From positions 19,237 through 83,236 of the forward strand of contig JBBIKS010000006.1 in the NCBI GenBank assembly GCA_037445375.1: a stretch of 64,000 bases of DNA, written 5' to 3'. Under the pieces are notes generated by a model. The model ran no database searches and had not been told where the DNA came from. It saw only the letters and a program-made list of their open reading frames with translations. The translations under genes were made by a program, and so were the position numbers. The DNA is from Nitrospirota bacterium. GTDB taxonomy: Bacteria > Nitrospirota > Thermodesulfovibrionia > Thermodesulfovibrionales > Dissulfurispiraceae. Below, one piece after another: positions 49,545 through 59,373 of this stretch (positions are counted from its first letter, which is position 1; the number at the start of each line of letters is the position of its first letter).

Positions 49545-49587
49545 AATAAATCGCTTAATTTAGGTTTTAATATATCATTCTCAAGCC

Positions 49588-50652
49588 TTAATTTTGAATC
49601 TCATTGCTGACACCTGCATCACCAAATGTTGCCATCTCTTTATAAATCTTGAGCCCTGCTTCAATTATCAGCATCGCAAGCGCCGCACCTGTGCCTTCAC
49701 CGAGCCTTAAATCGAGGTTAAGGATTGGCTTTAACCCCATTTTTTGCAGCATAGCTATGTGTCCTATCTCGACCGAATTGTGCGCCGCAAAGATATAATC
49801 CCTCACCTTTGGTTCAATAAAATAAGCTATCAATGCGCCCGCCGTAGAGATGAACCCATCTATCACCACAGGTATCCTATTTGAAGCTCCGCCGAGAATT
49901 ATCCCTGCGATGCCCCCTATTTCAGTGCCCCCAACCTTTGCAAGGACGTCTAAGGCATCGTTTGGATCGGGCTTGTTAATATTAATAGCAGTATCTATAA
50001 CCTTTATCTTTCTCTTAAATGAATCATCTGATATGCCTGTTCCTCTGCCTGTTACTTCTGCCGCTGGCTTGCCAGTTAAGACAGACGCTATAGCGCTTGA
50101 TGGGGTTGTATTGCCTATGCCCATATCTCCTGTCCCAAAGATCTTATATCCCTTTTGAGTATATTCATTGGCAAGCTCAATCCCGATTTCTATGGATTTT
50201 TCTGCCTGCTGTCTTGACATGGCTGAGATCTTGGTCATATTATTAGTTCCAAACATTACCTTTTTTGTCACTAATCCGTCAATAATCCCAAAGTTATAAT
50301 CCACTCCAATATCAATTACGATAACATCAGCTCCTGCATGTCCTGCAAGCACATTTATCCCTGCTCCGCCTCTAATGAAATTAAATACCATCTGGGATGT
50401 TACTTCCCTTGGATAAGCAGAGACACCTTCTTCCGTAACCCCATGGTCGCCGGCAAATGTAAAGATAACCTTTTTGTCTATTAGGGGCATCTCATTTTCT
50501 TTGATGGCAACAAGTCTCCTTGCAAACTCTTCTAGCCTCCCCAGACTTCCTGGAGGCTTTGTAAGATTATCCAAATGCTTTTGGGCAATATCATAGTACT
50601 TGTTATCAATCGGTCTTATCTTATTAATAACATCTTTAATCAAATTCATCAC
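49588..50652 (-). CDS. cobT: Nicotinate-nucleotide:benzimidazole phosphoribosyltransferase
   Basis: Motifs GDMGIGNTT and [12 protein letters not shown]. Confidence 0.9.
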   Translation of the reverse strand: MMNLIKDVINKIRPIDNKYYDIAQKHLDNLTKPPGSLGRLEEFARRLVAIKENEMPLIDKKVIFTFAGDHGVTEEGVSAYPREVTSQMVFNFIRGGAGINVLAGHAGADVIVIDIGVDYNFGIIDGLVTKKVMFGTNNMTKISAMSRQQAEKSIEIGIELANEYTQKGYKIFGTGDMGIGNTTPSSAIASVLTGKPAAEVTGRGTGISDDSFKRKIKVIDTAININKPDPNDALDVLAKVGGTEIGGIAGIILGGASNRIPVVIDGFISTAGALIAYFIEPKVRDYIFAAHNSVEIGHIAMLQKMGLKPILNLDLRLGEGTGAALAMLIIEAGLKIYKEMATFGDAGVSNEIQN

Positions 50653-50690
50653 AGAACCTCTTAATTGAAATTAGAATTGAAATCAATACG

Positions 50691-51236
50691 TCAACCTTTT
50701 ATCTTAAGCGGGAGCCCTGAGACCGCTAAATAAGCTTCATCTGCAATATCGGCTACCTTCTGATTTAACACTCCCGCCATATCTCTGAATCTCCTTGAAA
50801 GCGTATTATCAGGCACAATACCCATGCCTATCTCATTAGAAACTATGATAAGCTGTGAGTCAAAGGTGTCGCGAAAAAGGTTCAAGGCAGTAATAAACCT
50901 CTCAAGTTCTGTCTCAATAGTCTTTTCATCATTCTGTCTTGTCAAGAGGTTTGATACCCATATGGTTAGACAATCAAGAACTATAAAGGGATATTTTCCC
51001 ATTGTCAATTTTATACAATCGGCTATTTTAATAGGCTCCTCAAACACATCCCAATCGTTCCCCCTTTGCCTTCTGTGTTTATTGATCCTTTCTTCCATTT
51101 CAGGGTCAAGGGGTTCTGCGGTTGCGATATATGCCTTTTTACCTGAATATAAAGATGCAGGTTTTAAGGCAAGACTACTCTTCCCGCTCCTTGCACCGCC
51201 AGTTATAAAAATTATCTTGCTTTTATGATGTGTCAT
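50691..51236 (-). CDS. cobU: Adenosylcobinamide kinase / adenosylcobinamide-phosphate guanylyltransferase
   Basis: P-loop ITGGARSGKS, 181 aa. Confidence 0.9.
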   Translation of the reverse strand: MTHHKSKIIFITGGARSGKSSLALKPASLYSGKKAYIATAEPLDPEMEERINKHRRQRGNDWDVFEEPIKIADCIKLTMGKYPFIVLDCLTIWVSNLLTRQNDEKTIETELERFITALNLFRDTFDSQLIIVSNEIGMGIVPDNTLSRRFRDMAGVLNQKVADIADEAYLAVSGLPLKIKG

Positions 51237-52538
51237 CTATTTTTTATCGTGGGCTGCCATGTCATTTTCAAACATGCCCTTTAATATTCCATTAGCACAG
51301 AATTTGCCGCACATTGTGCAGGTTGAGCCATCACCGTTACCTCTTTTAGCCTTTATTTCCTTAGCTCTCTCAGGATCTATAGAGGTATCAAACTGACCTT
51401 CCCACTTCATATCCCTTCTTGCCTTAGACATTATTTTATCAGCATTCATATCCTTTCGTTTAATCATATCTCCGACATGAGAGGCTATTCTGGCAGCAAT
51501 AACACCCTCCCTGACATCTTCAGGAAATGGCAATCCGAGATGTTCTGCAGGTGTTACATAACAAATAAAGTCAGCGCCATAAGCAGATGAAAGGGCTGCT
51601 CCAATTGCTGATGTTATATGGTCATAGCCTGGCGCAATATCGGTAGTTATGGGACCTAACATATAAAATGGTGCTTCACCGCTCATCTTTTTCTCCAAGA
51701 TTATATTAGCCTCTATCTCATTGATTGGTATGTGTCCCGGACCTTCCACCATTGTCTGACAGCCCGCCTCTCTACCAATCTCGGCAAGCTCACAATTGAT
51801 AATCAATTCCTGAATCTGCACCCTGTCGTTTGCATCATGAATTGCACCAGCCCTAAAACCATTGCCAAGGCTTAATACACAATCATATTTTCTGAGAATC
51901 TCAACCACCCTGTCGAAATGCTCGTATAGCGGATTTTCCTGATTATTATGCTCCATCCATGCAACCATATATGCACCGCCCTTTGAGACAAGCCCTCCAT
52001 AACGATAATGCTGTTTTCTAAGCATCTCTACTGTTCTTCTGTTAATCCCGCAGTGAATCGCCATAAAAGAGACGCCCTCACTGCATTGCTTCTCAGTAAT
52101 CTCAAAAAGAAGTTCCTTTGGCATCTTTACCGCCGCCCCATATTTTTCGATAGCGATAGCAAAAGCTTCATAGAGAGGCACTGTGCCAAGCGGCAGACTA
52201 ATAGAGTCCTTGACTGCTTTTCTTACAGCCGCAATATCGCCGCCTACACTCAGATCCATTAAGGTATCCGCACCATATCTTTGAGCTATCTTAGCCTTTT
52301 CAACCTCCATATTAATATTTGAAATATCAGTAGATGTGCCGATTGAGGCATTTACCTTAGTCCTTAATCCCTTGCCGATACCCACTATCTTTGCATTCCT
52401 ATTTTTGTTTGCAGGAATCACTATCTTGCCGCTGGCAACCCTTCTGCGGATTATCTCAGAATCAATCCCCTCATTTTGTGCAACAGCCTGAATCTCTAAA
52501 GTAATTTCGCCCTTTAATGCCCTTTGAAGCTGTGTCAT
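51237..52538 (-). CDS. bzaF: ThiC-family radical SAM enzyme. Context suggests 5-hydroxybenzimidazole synthase rather than thiamin ThiC
   Basis: ThiC-like motifs (EGPGHIP, LGPITTDIAPGYDHITSAIGAA, CYVTPAEHLGLP, C-terminal CTMCGKFC). GGGGAGG SD before the ATG at 52538. First gene after a cobalamin riboswitch. Confidence 0.6.
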   Translation of the reverse strand: MTQLQRALKGEITLEIQAVAQNEGIDSEIIRRRVASGKIVIPANKNRNAKIVGIGKGLRTKVNASIGTSTDISNINMEVEKAKIAQRYGADTLMDLSVGGDIAAVRKAVKDSISLPLGTVPLYEAFAIAIEKYGAAVKMPKELLFEITEKQCSEGVSFMAIHCGINRRTVEMLRKQHYRYGGLVSKGGAYMVAWMEHNNQENPLYEHFDRVVEILRKYDCVLSLGNGFRAGAIHDANDRVQIQELIINCELAEIGREAGCQTMVEGPGHIPINEIEANIILEKKMSGEAPFYMLGPITTDIAPGYDHITSAIGAALSSAYGADFICYVTPAEHLGLPFPEDVREGVIAARIASHVGDMIKRKDMNADKIMSKARRDMKWEGQFDTSIDPERAKEIKAKRGNGDGSTCTMCGKFCANGILKGMFENDMAAHDKK

Positions 52539-52550
52539 ATAAACCTCCCC

Positions 52551-52588
52551 AAAAAATAAAAAAAACCTCAAGGCATGACGCCCTGAGG
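52551..52588 (-). terminator. Terminator-like hairpin plus U-tract in the bzaF leader (probable riboswitch expression platform)
   Basis: On the minus strand: CCUCAGGG-cgucaug-CCUUGAGG followed by U8AU6, ending just before the SD. Confidence 0.5.
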
Positions 52589-52744
52589 ATTGCACCCTTT
52601 TTTACTTCATCCCCTGTATCTCATCAAAAGTTAATTCTTCTGAGGAGACTTCCCTTCTATCCGCGAGAAGGCTTTTAGTACGAGTATCAAGTTATTCAGG
52701 TCAGATTATCAAAAAAACTGACACTAATCACCGACACTGTCACT

Positions 52745-52995
52745 ATTCGTTCACAGGCAGGTCTTCTGGCTTCCGGTTCAGATTATTTCTTTGCCTACTC
52801 ACCCACCTTCCCATCCTTCGACAAGTTTAGGACAGTGGCTTTTCTAAAGACAGTATCAGTGTCAATTTATCCTGACTCACTAACTCACCGTCTTCACGGG
52901 TTTTCGTACCGGTTACAGCGGCGGGACCGCCCCTGACTTGGTAAATTAACTCTACCTCACAGGATTCCCTATTAAGCCCTACGGCACCTATAGGA
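52745..52995 (-). promoter_or_regulatory. Cobalamin (B12) riboswitch
   Basis: The minus strand reads GGUGCC..UUAAUAGGGAAUCCUGUGA..GGCGGUCCCGCCGCUGUAA..GCCACUG..GGGAAGG..AAGCCAGAAGACCUGCC (B12 box). Confidence 0.85.
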
Positions 52996-53024
52996 CATTA
53001 TAAATGAAATATAGATGAAAAAAT

Positions 53025-53087
53025 CAATCAGCACCCTCCCCACCCCTCCCGTCAAGGGGGGTGATTTGGGCATTTATAAACAGACTC
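53025..53087. repeat. Half-copy of the TIR-family element (right end only)
   Basis: GC-rich hairpin CACCCCTCCC..GGGGGGTG followed by TTTATAAACAGACTC (53073-53087). Confidence 0.55.
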
Positions 53088-53242
53088 TAACTAATGATAG
53101 TAACTTTCAAAATCATTATCTAAAGCCAGTAATTTATAAGATTTTATGAGAAAAAATATTTCCTTTCATTCTTTTAAAATTGAAAAATAATACCATAAGA
53201 AACTAAAATGTCTTGAAATCAATTAAAAAGGGGGATGAGATT

Positions 53243-54664
53243 ATGAAGATAATGGCTTTGATAATGTTTCTATTTATTGTCTTGGTTAATGGACAGGGAT
53301 TCGCAATTCAAAAGAGCTTCTCTAATATAGACGCCCAGACTGCTGTCGAGGTAACTGTATATAACAGCAATATCGGGCTTGTGAAAGACCAAAGAGAGAT
53401 CAAACTTGACAAAGGGCTTCAGGAATTGCAATTTATGGATGTTGCATCACAAATAATTCCCACGAGCGTGAGCATTAAATCACTGACCCAACAAGGTGGT
53501 TTTAATATAATAGAGCAAAACTACGAGTATGACCTTATCAGCCCCCAAAGACTTCTCAATAAATATGTCGGAAAAGAGGTTAAACTATATACAAAAAATC
53601 CATTTACCGATAAAGAGGAAATCGTATCTGCCAAGATTATTTCAAATAATGAAGGCAATCCAGTTTTTCAAATAGGCAAGGATATCACCTTTGGCCACTC
53701 TGGAAGGATTATATTCCCGGAAATACCTGAAAATCTGATATCAAAACCCACGCTTATCTGGCTGATTTACAACCAGCTCAAGGGTGATCAAAAAATGGAG
53801 GTTCGTTATCTTACGAATGGCATCAATTGGAGGGCAAGTTATGTTATGGTGCTAAATGAAAAAGATGATAAGGCAGATTTATCAGGATGGGTTACTATTG
53901 ACAACAAAAGCGGCACAACATACAAAAATTCCAGATTAAAGCTCGTCGCCGGGGATATTAACAGGGTCGAGGAGAGTCAGCCGAGAAGGGACAGAATGTT
54001 ATTAATGGCTCCATCAACTGAGGCAAAGGCTCAGTTTGCAGAGCAGGAATTCTTTGAATATCACATTTATACTCTTGGGCGGCCCACTGATTTAAAGGAT
54101 AATCAGACCAAGCAAATAAGCTTAATGGACGCAAACAATATTCCTGTTAAAAAAGAATTTGTCTTTTATGGTTCTCAATATTATTACAGAGGAAAGCATA
54201 GCGAGATAGCATCTAATCAAAAAGTGCCTGTTTTTATTGAGCTCTCAAATAAAAAAGAGAATAATCTCGGCATACCTCTACCAAAGGGCATCATTAGAGT
54301 TTATAAGTATGACCACGACAAAAGCCTCCAACTTGTAGGTGAAAATACCATAGACCATACGCCGAAAGATGAAAAAATACGGATCAAACTCGGCGATGCC
54401 TTTGATGTAGTAGCGTCAAAGAAGCAGGCGGATTGGCAGAAGATTACCGAGAAGCTATATGAGGCAGCCTTTGAGATATCCATCAGGAACCATAAAAAAG
54501 AGGACATTGTGGTGAAGGTCATAGAACCAATACCCGGGGATTGGAAGGTGCTTCAATCTTCTCATGAATTCAAGAAGGCTGATGCCTTTACACTCACCTT
54601 TGATGTCCCAGTTGCAAAGGATAAAGAGACAAAAATAATTTACAGGGTAAGCATGAAGTTTTAG
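53243..54664 (+). CDS. DUF4139/DUF4140-family secreted protein
   Basis: Signal peptide MKIMALIMFLF..., VTVYNSNIGLVKD... N-terminal domain. Start set at the ATG after the AGGGGGA SD. Confidence 0.65.
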   Translation: MKIMALIMFLFIVLVNGQGFAIQKSFSNIDAQTAVEVTVYNSNIGLVKDQREIKLDKGLQELQFMDVASQIIPTSVSIKSLTQQGGFNIIEQNYEYDLISPQRLLNKYVGKEVKLYTKNPFTDKEEIVSAKIISNNEGNPVFQIGKDITFGHSGRIIFPEIPENLISKPTLIWLIYNQLKGDQKMEVRYLTNGINWRASYVMVLNEKDDKADLSGWVTIDNKSGTTYKNSRLKLVAGDINRVEESQPRRDRMLLMAPSTEAKAQFAEQEFFEYHIYTLGRPTDLKDNQTKQISLMDANNIPVKKEFVFYGSQYYYRGKHSEIASNQKVPVFIELSNKKENNLGIPLPKGIIRVYKYDHDKSLQLVGENTIDHTPKDEKIRIKLGDAFDVVASKKQADWQKITEKLYEAAFEISIRNHKKEDIVVKVIEPIPGDWKVLQSSHEFKKADAFTLTFDVPVAKDKETKIIYRVSMKF

Positions 54665-54683
54665 GTTTTAGCGGCGGTGCATT

Positions 54684-55463
54684 ATGCAAGGATTAGTTTT
54701 CAAGGATTACTCATATAAGACCGGGGGTCAGGATATATCATTAATTTCTAAAATTCTGCCCTCCTTTGCTTTTTACCCTAAGGTTTTATTTATAGTCTCA
54801 AAAATCGGCTGGGTTGCAAAAAAATCAAGGTTCAATTATAAAGAAATGCATGACAGTTCTCTTTCTACCTTTCGAGCGCTCGAAAGTGCAGGCGCAGAAA
54901 TTGAGATTACCGGCATTGAAAATCTCCAAAAATTTGATTCACCCTGTGTTATTGTCGCCAATCATATGAGCACATTTGAAACACTCGCTTTACCTGCCAT
55001 CATCTTACCTTTTAAGAACATGGCATTTGTTATAAAGGAAGAATTACTCAGATATCCTTTATTTAAACATGCAATGATTGCAGCAAAGAATATTACAGTC
55101 GGAAGGAAAAACCCCCGTGAGGATTTAAGAGCAGTCATAGAAGGCGGTCTTGAAAGGCTAAAAATGGGCATATCAATAGTGATATTTCCTCAGACAACAA
55201 GATATACAGATTTTCAACCTGAAAAATTCAATACAATAGGGATTAAATTAGCAAAGAGGGCTAATGTCCCTGTTATCCCCCTTGCATTAAAGACAGATGC
55301 ATGGGGAATTGGAAAATATATAAAGGATTTGGGCAGAATAGATCCGTCTAAAAAGGTCTATTTTGCCTTTGGTGAACCATTATGGATAAAAGGCAGCGGG
55401 AGTGAAGAACATCAGATAATTATAGAATTTATTCAAAACAAACTCGTGCAATGGAAGAGATAA
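54684..55463 (+). CDS. Lysophospholipid (1-acyl-glycerol-3-phosphate) acyltransferase-like
   Basis: ANHMSTFE (HX4D/E-type) block and IFPQTTR block. Confidence 0.7.
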   Translation: MQGLVFKDYSYKTGGQDISLISKILPSFAFYPKVLFIVSKIGWVAKKSRFNYKEMHDSSLSTFRALESAGAEIEITGIENLQKFDSPCVIVANHMSTFETLALPAIILPFKNMAFVIKEELLRYPLFKHAMIAAKNITVGRKNPREDLRAVIEGGLERLKMGISIVIFPQTTRYTDFQPEKFNTIGIKLAKRANVPVIPLALKTDAWGIGKYIKDLGRIDPSKKVYFAFGEPLWIKGSGSEEHQIIIEFIQNKLVQWKR

Positions 55464-56314
55464 AATTAAATTTAATTGATACAGTCTCTTACCTATCGGA
55501 AGGCATAGGGCAGAGGAGCTATCTCGATATCGAGAGGTTAAATATAGCCGCTGACTTCATAGAGAAAAAATTAATCTCCTTCGGGTGTGCAACCGAAAGA
55601 CAGCCTTTTAATTATAGAAATAATTTATATTACAATATTATTGGCGAGGTTGAAGGCATTGAAAAGGCAGATAAGGGGATTTTGGTCATCGGGGCTCATT
55701 ATGATACCGTCATTGGGACTCCCGGAGCAGACGATAATGCAAGCGGAATAGCAGGGATGCTTGAATTAGCAAGGCTTGCGGCTGCCAAACCATTCAGAAG
55801 AACAGTCAGATTTGTCGCATTTTGTCTGGAAGAACCCCCTGTATATATGACAAAAAATATGGGCAGTTATATTCATGCCAAGAGCCTCTCAGATGCAAAA
55901 ACTGATGTTTATGGTATGATATCGCTTGAAATGCTTGGGTACTATTCAGACTATAATCAAAGCCAATACTATCCAAACCATCTCTTTAATTATTTTTATC
56001 CTGACAAGGGCAACTTTATTGCCTTTGTAGGAAATATTTCTTCAATGAGATTCACAGAGAGGGTAAAGAGTAATTTCAAAGCTGCATCATCATTTCCTGT
56101 GGAATCACTAAACTCAGTCTCGATTATTCCCGGCGTTGACTTTTCAGATCACAGGAACTTTTGGAAATTCGGTTACCCTGCTTTTATGATTACAGATACA
56201 GGTTTTTATAGAAATCCGAACTATCATGAGTCTGGGGATACTGCCTCAACATTAAATTATGATTTAATGGCGGAACTAGTGAGTGGCATTTGTAAGGCAT
56301 TGAAAATATTATAA
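55451..56314 (+). CDS. M28-family metallopeptidase
   Basis: GAHYDTV and GADDNASG zinc-ligand blocks. Confidence 0.8.
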   Translation: MEEIKLNLIDTVSYLSEGIGQRSYLDIERLNIAADFIEKKLISFGCATERQPFNYRNNLYYNIIGEVEGIEKADKGILVIGAHYDTVIGTPGADDNASGIAGMLELARLAAAKPFRRTVRFVAFCLEEPPVYMTKNMGSYIHAKSLSDAKTDVYGMISLEMLGYYSDYNQSQYYPNHLFNYFYPDKGNFIAFVGNISSMRFTERVKSNFKAASSFPVESLNSVSIIPGVDFSDHRNFWKFGYPAFMITDTGFYRNPNYHESGDTASTLNYDLMAELVSGICKALKIL

Positions 56315-56330
56315 GATAGGTGACAATCAC

Positions 56331-56786
56331 TTGAATCTTATCAAGATAATCTCAAATTCACGGGATGAGACAGAATTTGTCGGCTATAGGCTGGGCAATA
56401 TCTTGAAAAGGTTTAACAAACCGACTACAATATACCTTTTTGGAGATCTCGGTTCAGGTAAAACCGTCTTTATTAAGGGGCTGGCTGATGCCTTTGGTAT
56501 TTCACCCAGAGATATCGGCAGTGCAAGTTTTGTCATAGTTGCAGAATACGAGACATCACCTCCCTTCTATCATGTTGATCTATATAGGATTGAGAGAGAT
56601 GATGCGTTAGATTCCTTGGGCATATGGGAATATATTGACTCAACAGGCATCACTGCCATTGAATGGGCTGAACGACTTTCAGAAATTCCGGAAGACAGCA
56701 TCAAGGTTAATCTCATACTTTTAAGCGAGGAAACAAGAGAAATTATAATAGAAGGCATAGATGAAAAAGATTGGCATAGTATGTAA
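56331..56786 (+). CDS. tsaE: tRNA t6A biosynthesis ATPase TsaE
   Basis: GDLGSGKTVFIKG P-loop, HVDLYR, EW motif. Confidence 0.85.
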   Translation: MNLIKIISNSRDETEFVGYRLGNILKRFNKPTTIYLFGDLGSGKTVFIKGLADAFGISPRDIGSASFVIVAEYETSPPFYHVDLYRIERDDALDSLGIWEYIDSTGITAIEWAERLSEIPEDSIKVNLILLSEETREIIIEGIDEKDWHSM

Positions 56787-57612
56787 ACGTGGCAAGCTCG
56801 AGGCTATTGATATATTAAGGGGTTTTATCCCATGGCTCAAAAATAAAGGTATTGAAGTTTTTGTTGAGTCTGAAGCAGCAGTCCATTTGAACGAAATAGG
56901 CGTAGAAAAGGTTCAAATGCCATCATTGGTTGACCTTATAATAGTCTTCGGCGGCGACGGCACAATGCTCAGTGTTGCAAGGCTTGTGGACGGAAAAAAC
57001 ATACCTATTCTTGGAATTAATTTAGGCGGACTCGGGTTTATTACAGAAATCAATAAAGATGAACTTTATGAAGCCTTTGATATAGTGCTCGCTGGCAAGT
57101 ATTGCATTGAAGAAAGAATTATGCTAAATGCCTTTGTCTATCGCAACGGTGAAAAAATCGCAGATTTCCTTGTTCTTAACGATGTAGTCATTAATAAAGG
57201 TGCAATTGCAAGGATAATAGACATTGAGATTTTTGTTAACAAAATATATGTAACTGAGTTCAAGTCGGATGGACTCATTATATCATCCCCGACAGGCTCT
57301 ACTGCCTATTCCCTTTCTGCGGGTGGTCCAATACTCTATCCAACGCTTAATTGTATCATCATAACTCCTATATGCCCCCATACACTGACTCACAGATCGA
57401 TAGTTATACCTGATTCCTTCACAATAGAGGCGGTTTTAGGCTCAGATAGCGAAGATGTCGTTTTGACATTAGATGGACAGGCAGGGTTCTCACTTACAAA
57501 AGGGGATAGAGTAGAGGTCAGAAAATCTGAGTCTAAAACTAAAATCATGATACCGCCGGGGAGGGATTATTTTCAGGTATTAAGAGAAAAATTGAAGTGG
57601 GGCGAAAGGTAA
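56761..57612 (+). CDS. nadK: NAD kinase
   Basis: GGDGTML, and SDGLIISSPTGSTAYSLSAGGP. Confidence 0.9.
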   Translation: MKKIGIVCKRGKLEAIDILRGFIPWLKNKGIEVFVESEAAVHLNEIGVEKVQMPSLVDLIIVFGGDGTMLSVARLVDGKNIPILGINLGGLGFITEINKDELYEAFDIVLAGKYCIEERIMLNAFVYRNGEKIADFLVLNDVVINKGAIARIIDIEIFVNKIYVTEFKSDGLIISSPTGSTAYSLSAGGPILYPTLNCIIITPICPHTLTHRSIVIPDSFTIEAVLGSDSEDVVLTLDGQAGFSLTKGDRVEVRKSESKTKIMIPPGRDYFQVLREKLKWGER

Positions 57613-57619
57613 TTCTTGA

Positions 57620-58393
57620 ATGAGAAAATTCAAAGAAGATTTAATAGCAATTCTGGAATTTTATAAATCCTTCGGGATAGAATCAATTCCTATTGAAAAT
57701 TTATCTACCCCCACAGTTGAACATTTTAATAATTCTCCAAATTCAGAAACACTCGTAACAGTAAGAAAAAATTCACCATATGTAGATAAAACTAATGCAC
57801 TTCAGTTATTGCGTGATGAAATAGGAGACTGTCAAAGGTGCCGGCTCGCAAGCGGGAGAAAGAATATAGTATTTGGTGATGGCAGTGTGAATACGGCTCT
57901 TATGTTCATTGGAGAAGCGCCGGGCAGGGATGAAGATATTCAAGGCAAGCCTTTTGTTGGACAGGCAGGGCAAATTCTTACGAGCCTGATTACTAATATG
58001 GGCAAGAAAGCGGGATTTAAGAGGGAAGATGTTTTTATTGCCAACATAGTAAAATGCAGACCTCCGGAGAACCGCGACCCACAGCCTGATGAAATTGCCT
58101 CATGCATACCTTTTTTAAATAAACAGATAGATATTATAGCCCCTGAAATCATCATTTCGCTTGGGCGTATATCAACTCACACTTTGATGGGACTGAAAAT
58201 ACCTCTCAATAAATTTTCTATATCCGAAGCAAGAGGCAAGTTTTTTGATTATAAAACAGACAATATGATCATCCCTGTTATGCCCACCTTTCATCCTGCT
58301 TATTTTCTAAGAAACCCTAAAGACAAGCATCTTACATGGAGCGATGCCCTTGCGGTCTTGGAAATGTTAAACAAAATTAGGAGAAGCTTATGA
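57620..58393 (+). CDS. Family 4 uracil-DNA glycosylase (Fe-S type)
   Basis: CQRCRL, GEAPGRDEDIQGKPFVGQAG, and HPA near the C-terminus. Confidence 0.85.
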   Translation: MRKFKEDLIAILEFYKSFGIESIPIENLSTPTVEHFNNSPNSETLVTVRKNSPYVDKTNALQLLRDEIGDCQRCRLASGRKNIVFGDGSVNTALMFIGEAPGRDEDIQGKPFVGQAGQILTSLITNMGKKAGFKREDVFIANIVKCRPPENRDPQPDEIASCIPFLNKQIDIIAPEIIISLGRISTHTLMGLKIPLNKFSISEARGKFFDYKTDNMIIPVMPTFHPAYFLRNPKDKHLTWSDALAVLEMLNKIRRSL

Positions 58394-58875
58394 AGACATT
58401 ATGGGCACCATGGAGAATGGAGTATATTCTTTCAGTGAAGGAAAAAGAATGCATTTTCTGCATAAAGGCATCTGAAGATAAAGATAGAGACAATTTGATT
58501 CTATATAGAGGCGATAAGGCATATGTAATAATGAATAAATATCCTTACAATAATGGACATATCATGGTTGTTCCCTATTTTCATACATCTGAAATCACTG
58601 AACTGCCAGATGATATCATCTCAGAATTGATGATTTTGACCAGATATTCCGTAGATTGCCTAAAGAAGGCATCTCATCCGGAGGGATTCAATGTCGGTAT
58701 CAATATAGGGGCTGCTGCGGGAGCTGGGATTAAAGAGCATTTGCATGTCCATATAGTGCCAAGATGGGCAGGAGATACAAATTTCATGATAGTTACAGGA
58801 GATGTCAGAGTAATACCAGAGCATATATTAGATACCTATGATAAGCTCTATCCTATTTTTAATATGGTAAAATAA
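58390..58875 (+). CDS. HIT-family nucleotide hydrolase/transferase
   Basis: Histidine triad HLHVHIVPR. Confidence 0.85.
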   Translation: MKTLWAPWRMEYILSVKEKECIFCIKASEDKDRDNLILYRGDKAYVIMNKYPYNNGHIMVVPYFHTSEITELPDDIISELMILTRYSVDCLKKASHPEGFNVGINIGAAAGAGIKEHLHVHIVPRWAGDTNFMIVTGDVRVIPEHILDTYDKLYPIFNMVK

Positions 58876-58905
58876 CTATTAACTTTTTCTTTGGAGGATA
58901 TTAAT

Positions 58906-59367
58906 ATGAGAACAATAGAAGGCGAGCTGCAGGCGCAGGGCTTCAGATTCGGTATTATTGTCAGCAGGTTCAATGACTTCATTACTTCAAAACTTCTTGA
59001 CGGAGCTCTTGATGCACTCATCAGGCATGGTGCTGATAATAATGATATTGATATAGTCAGGGTGCCAGGATCTTTTGAAATACCACTGATAGCCAAAAAG
59101 CTTGCATTAAAAGGCTCCTATGATGCAATAATTTGTCTTGGAACGGTCATAAGGGGAGCGACTCCACACTTTGAGTATGTTGCATCTGAGGTGTCAAAAG
59201 GCATAGCCGTAGCATCTCTCGAAACAGGCATGCCTGTGGCATTTGGTATTATAACTGCGGATTCAATCGAGCAGGCAGTCGAACGTGCAGGCTCAAAATC
59301 GGGCAATAAGGGCTGGGATGCCGCTGTGACCGCCATAGAGATGGCGCAGGTTATTAAAAAGCTTTAA
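58906..59367 (+). CDS. ribH: 6,7-dimethyl-8-ribityllumazine synthase
   Basis: [10 protein letters not shown]..., [22 protein letters not shown] 7 nt after the GGAGGA SD. Confidence 0.9.
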   Translation: MRTIEGELQAQGFRFGIIVSRFNDFITSKLLDGALDALIRHGADNNDIDIVRVPGSFEIPLIAKKLALKGSYDAIICLGTVIRGATPHFEYVASEVSKGIAVASLETGMPVAFGIITADSIEQAVERAGSKSGNKGWDAAVTAIEMAQVIKKL

Positions 59368-59373
59368 AGCTAT

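Noticed and set aside
52711-52743. Terminator directly after the riboswitch aptamer (U7 run)
   Set aside because: The preceding stem is only about 5 bp (UGACA/UGUCA) with a large loop. The hairpin at 52566-52588 is much stronger and was annotated instead.
52596-52995. TPP riboswitch upstream of the ThiC-like gene
   Set aside because: No CUGAGA or ACCUGAUCUGGAUAAUGCCAGCG-type elements are present. The sequence instead shows the cobalamin core and the B12 box.
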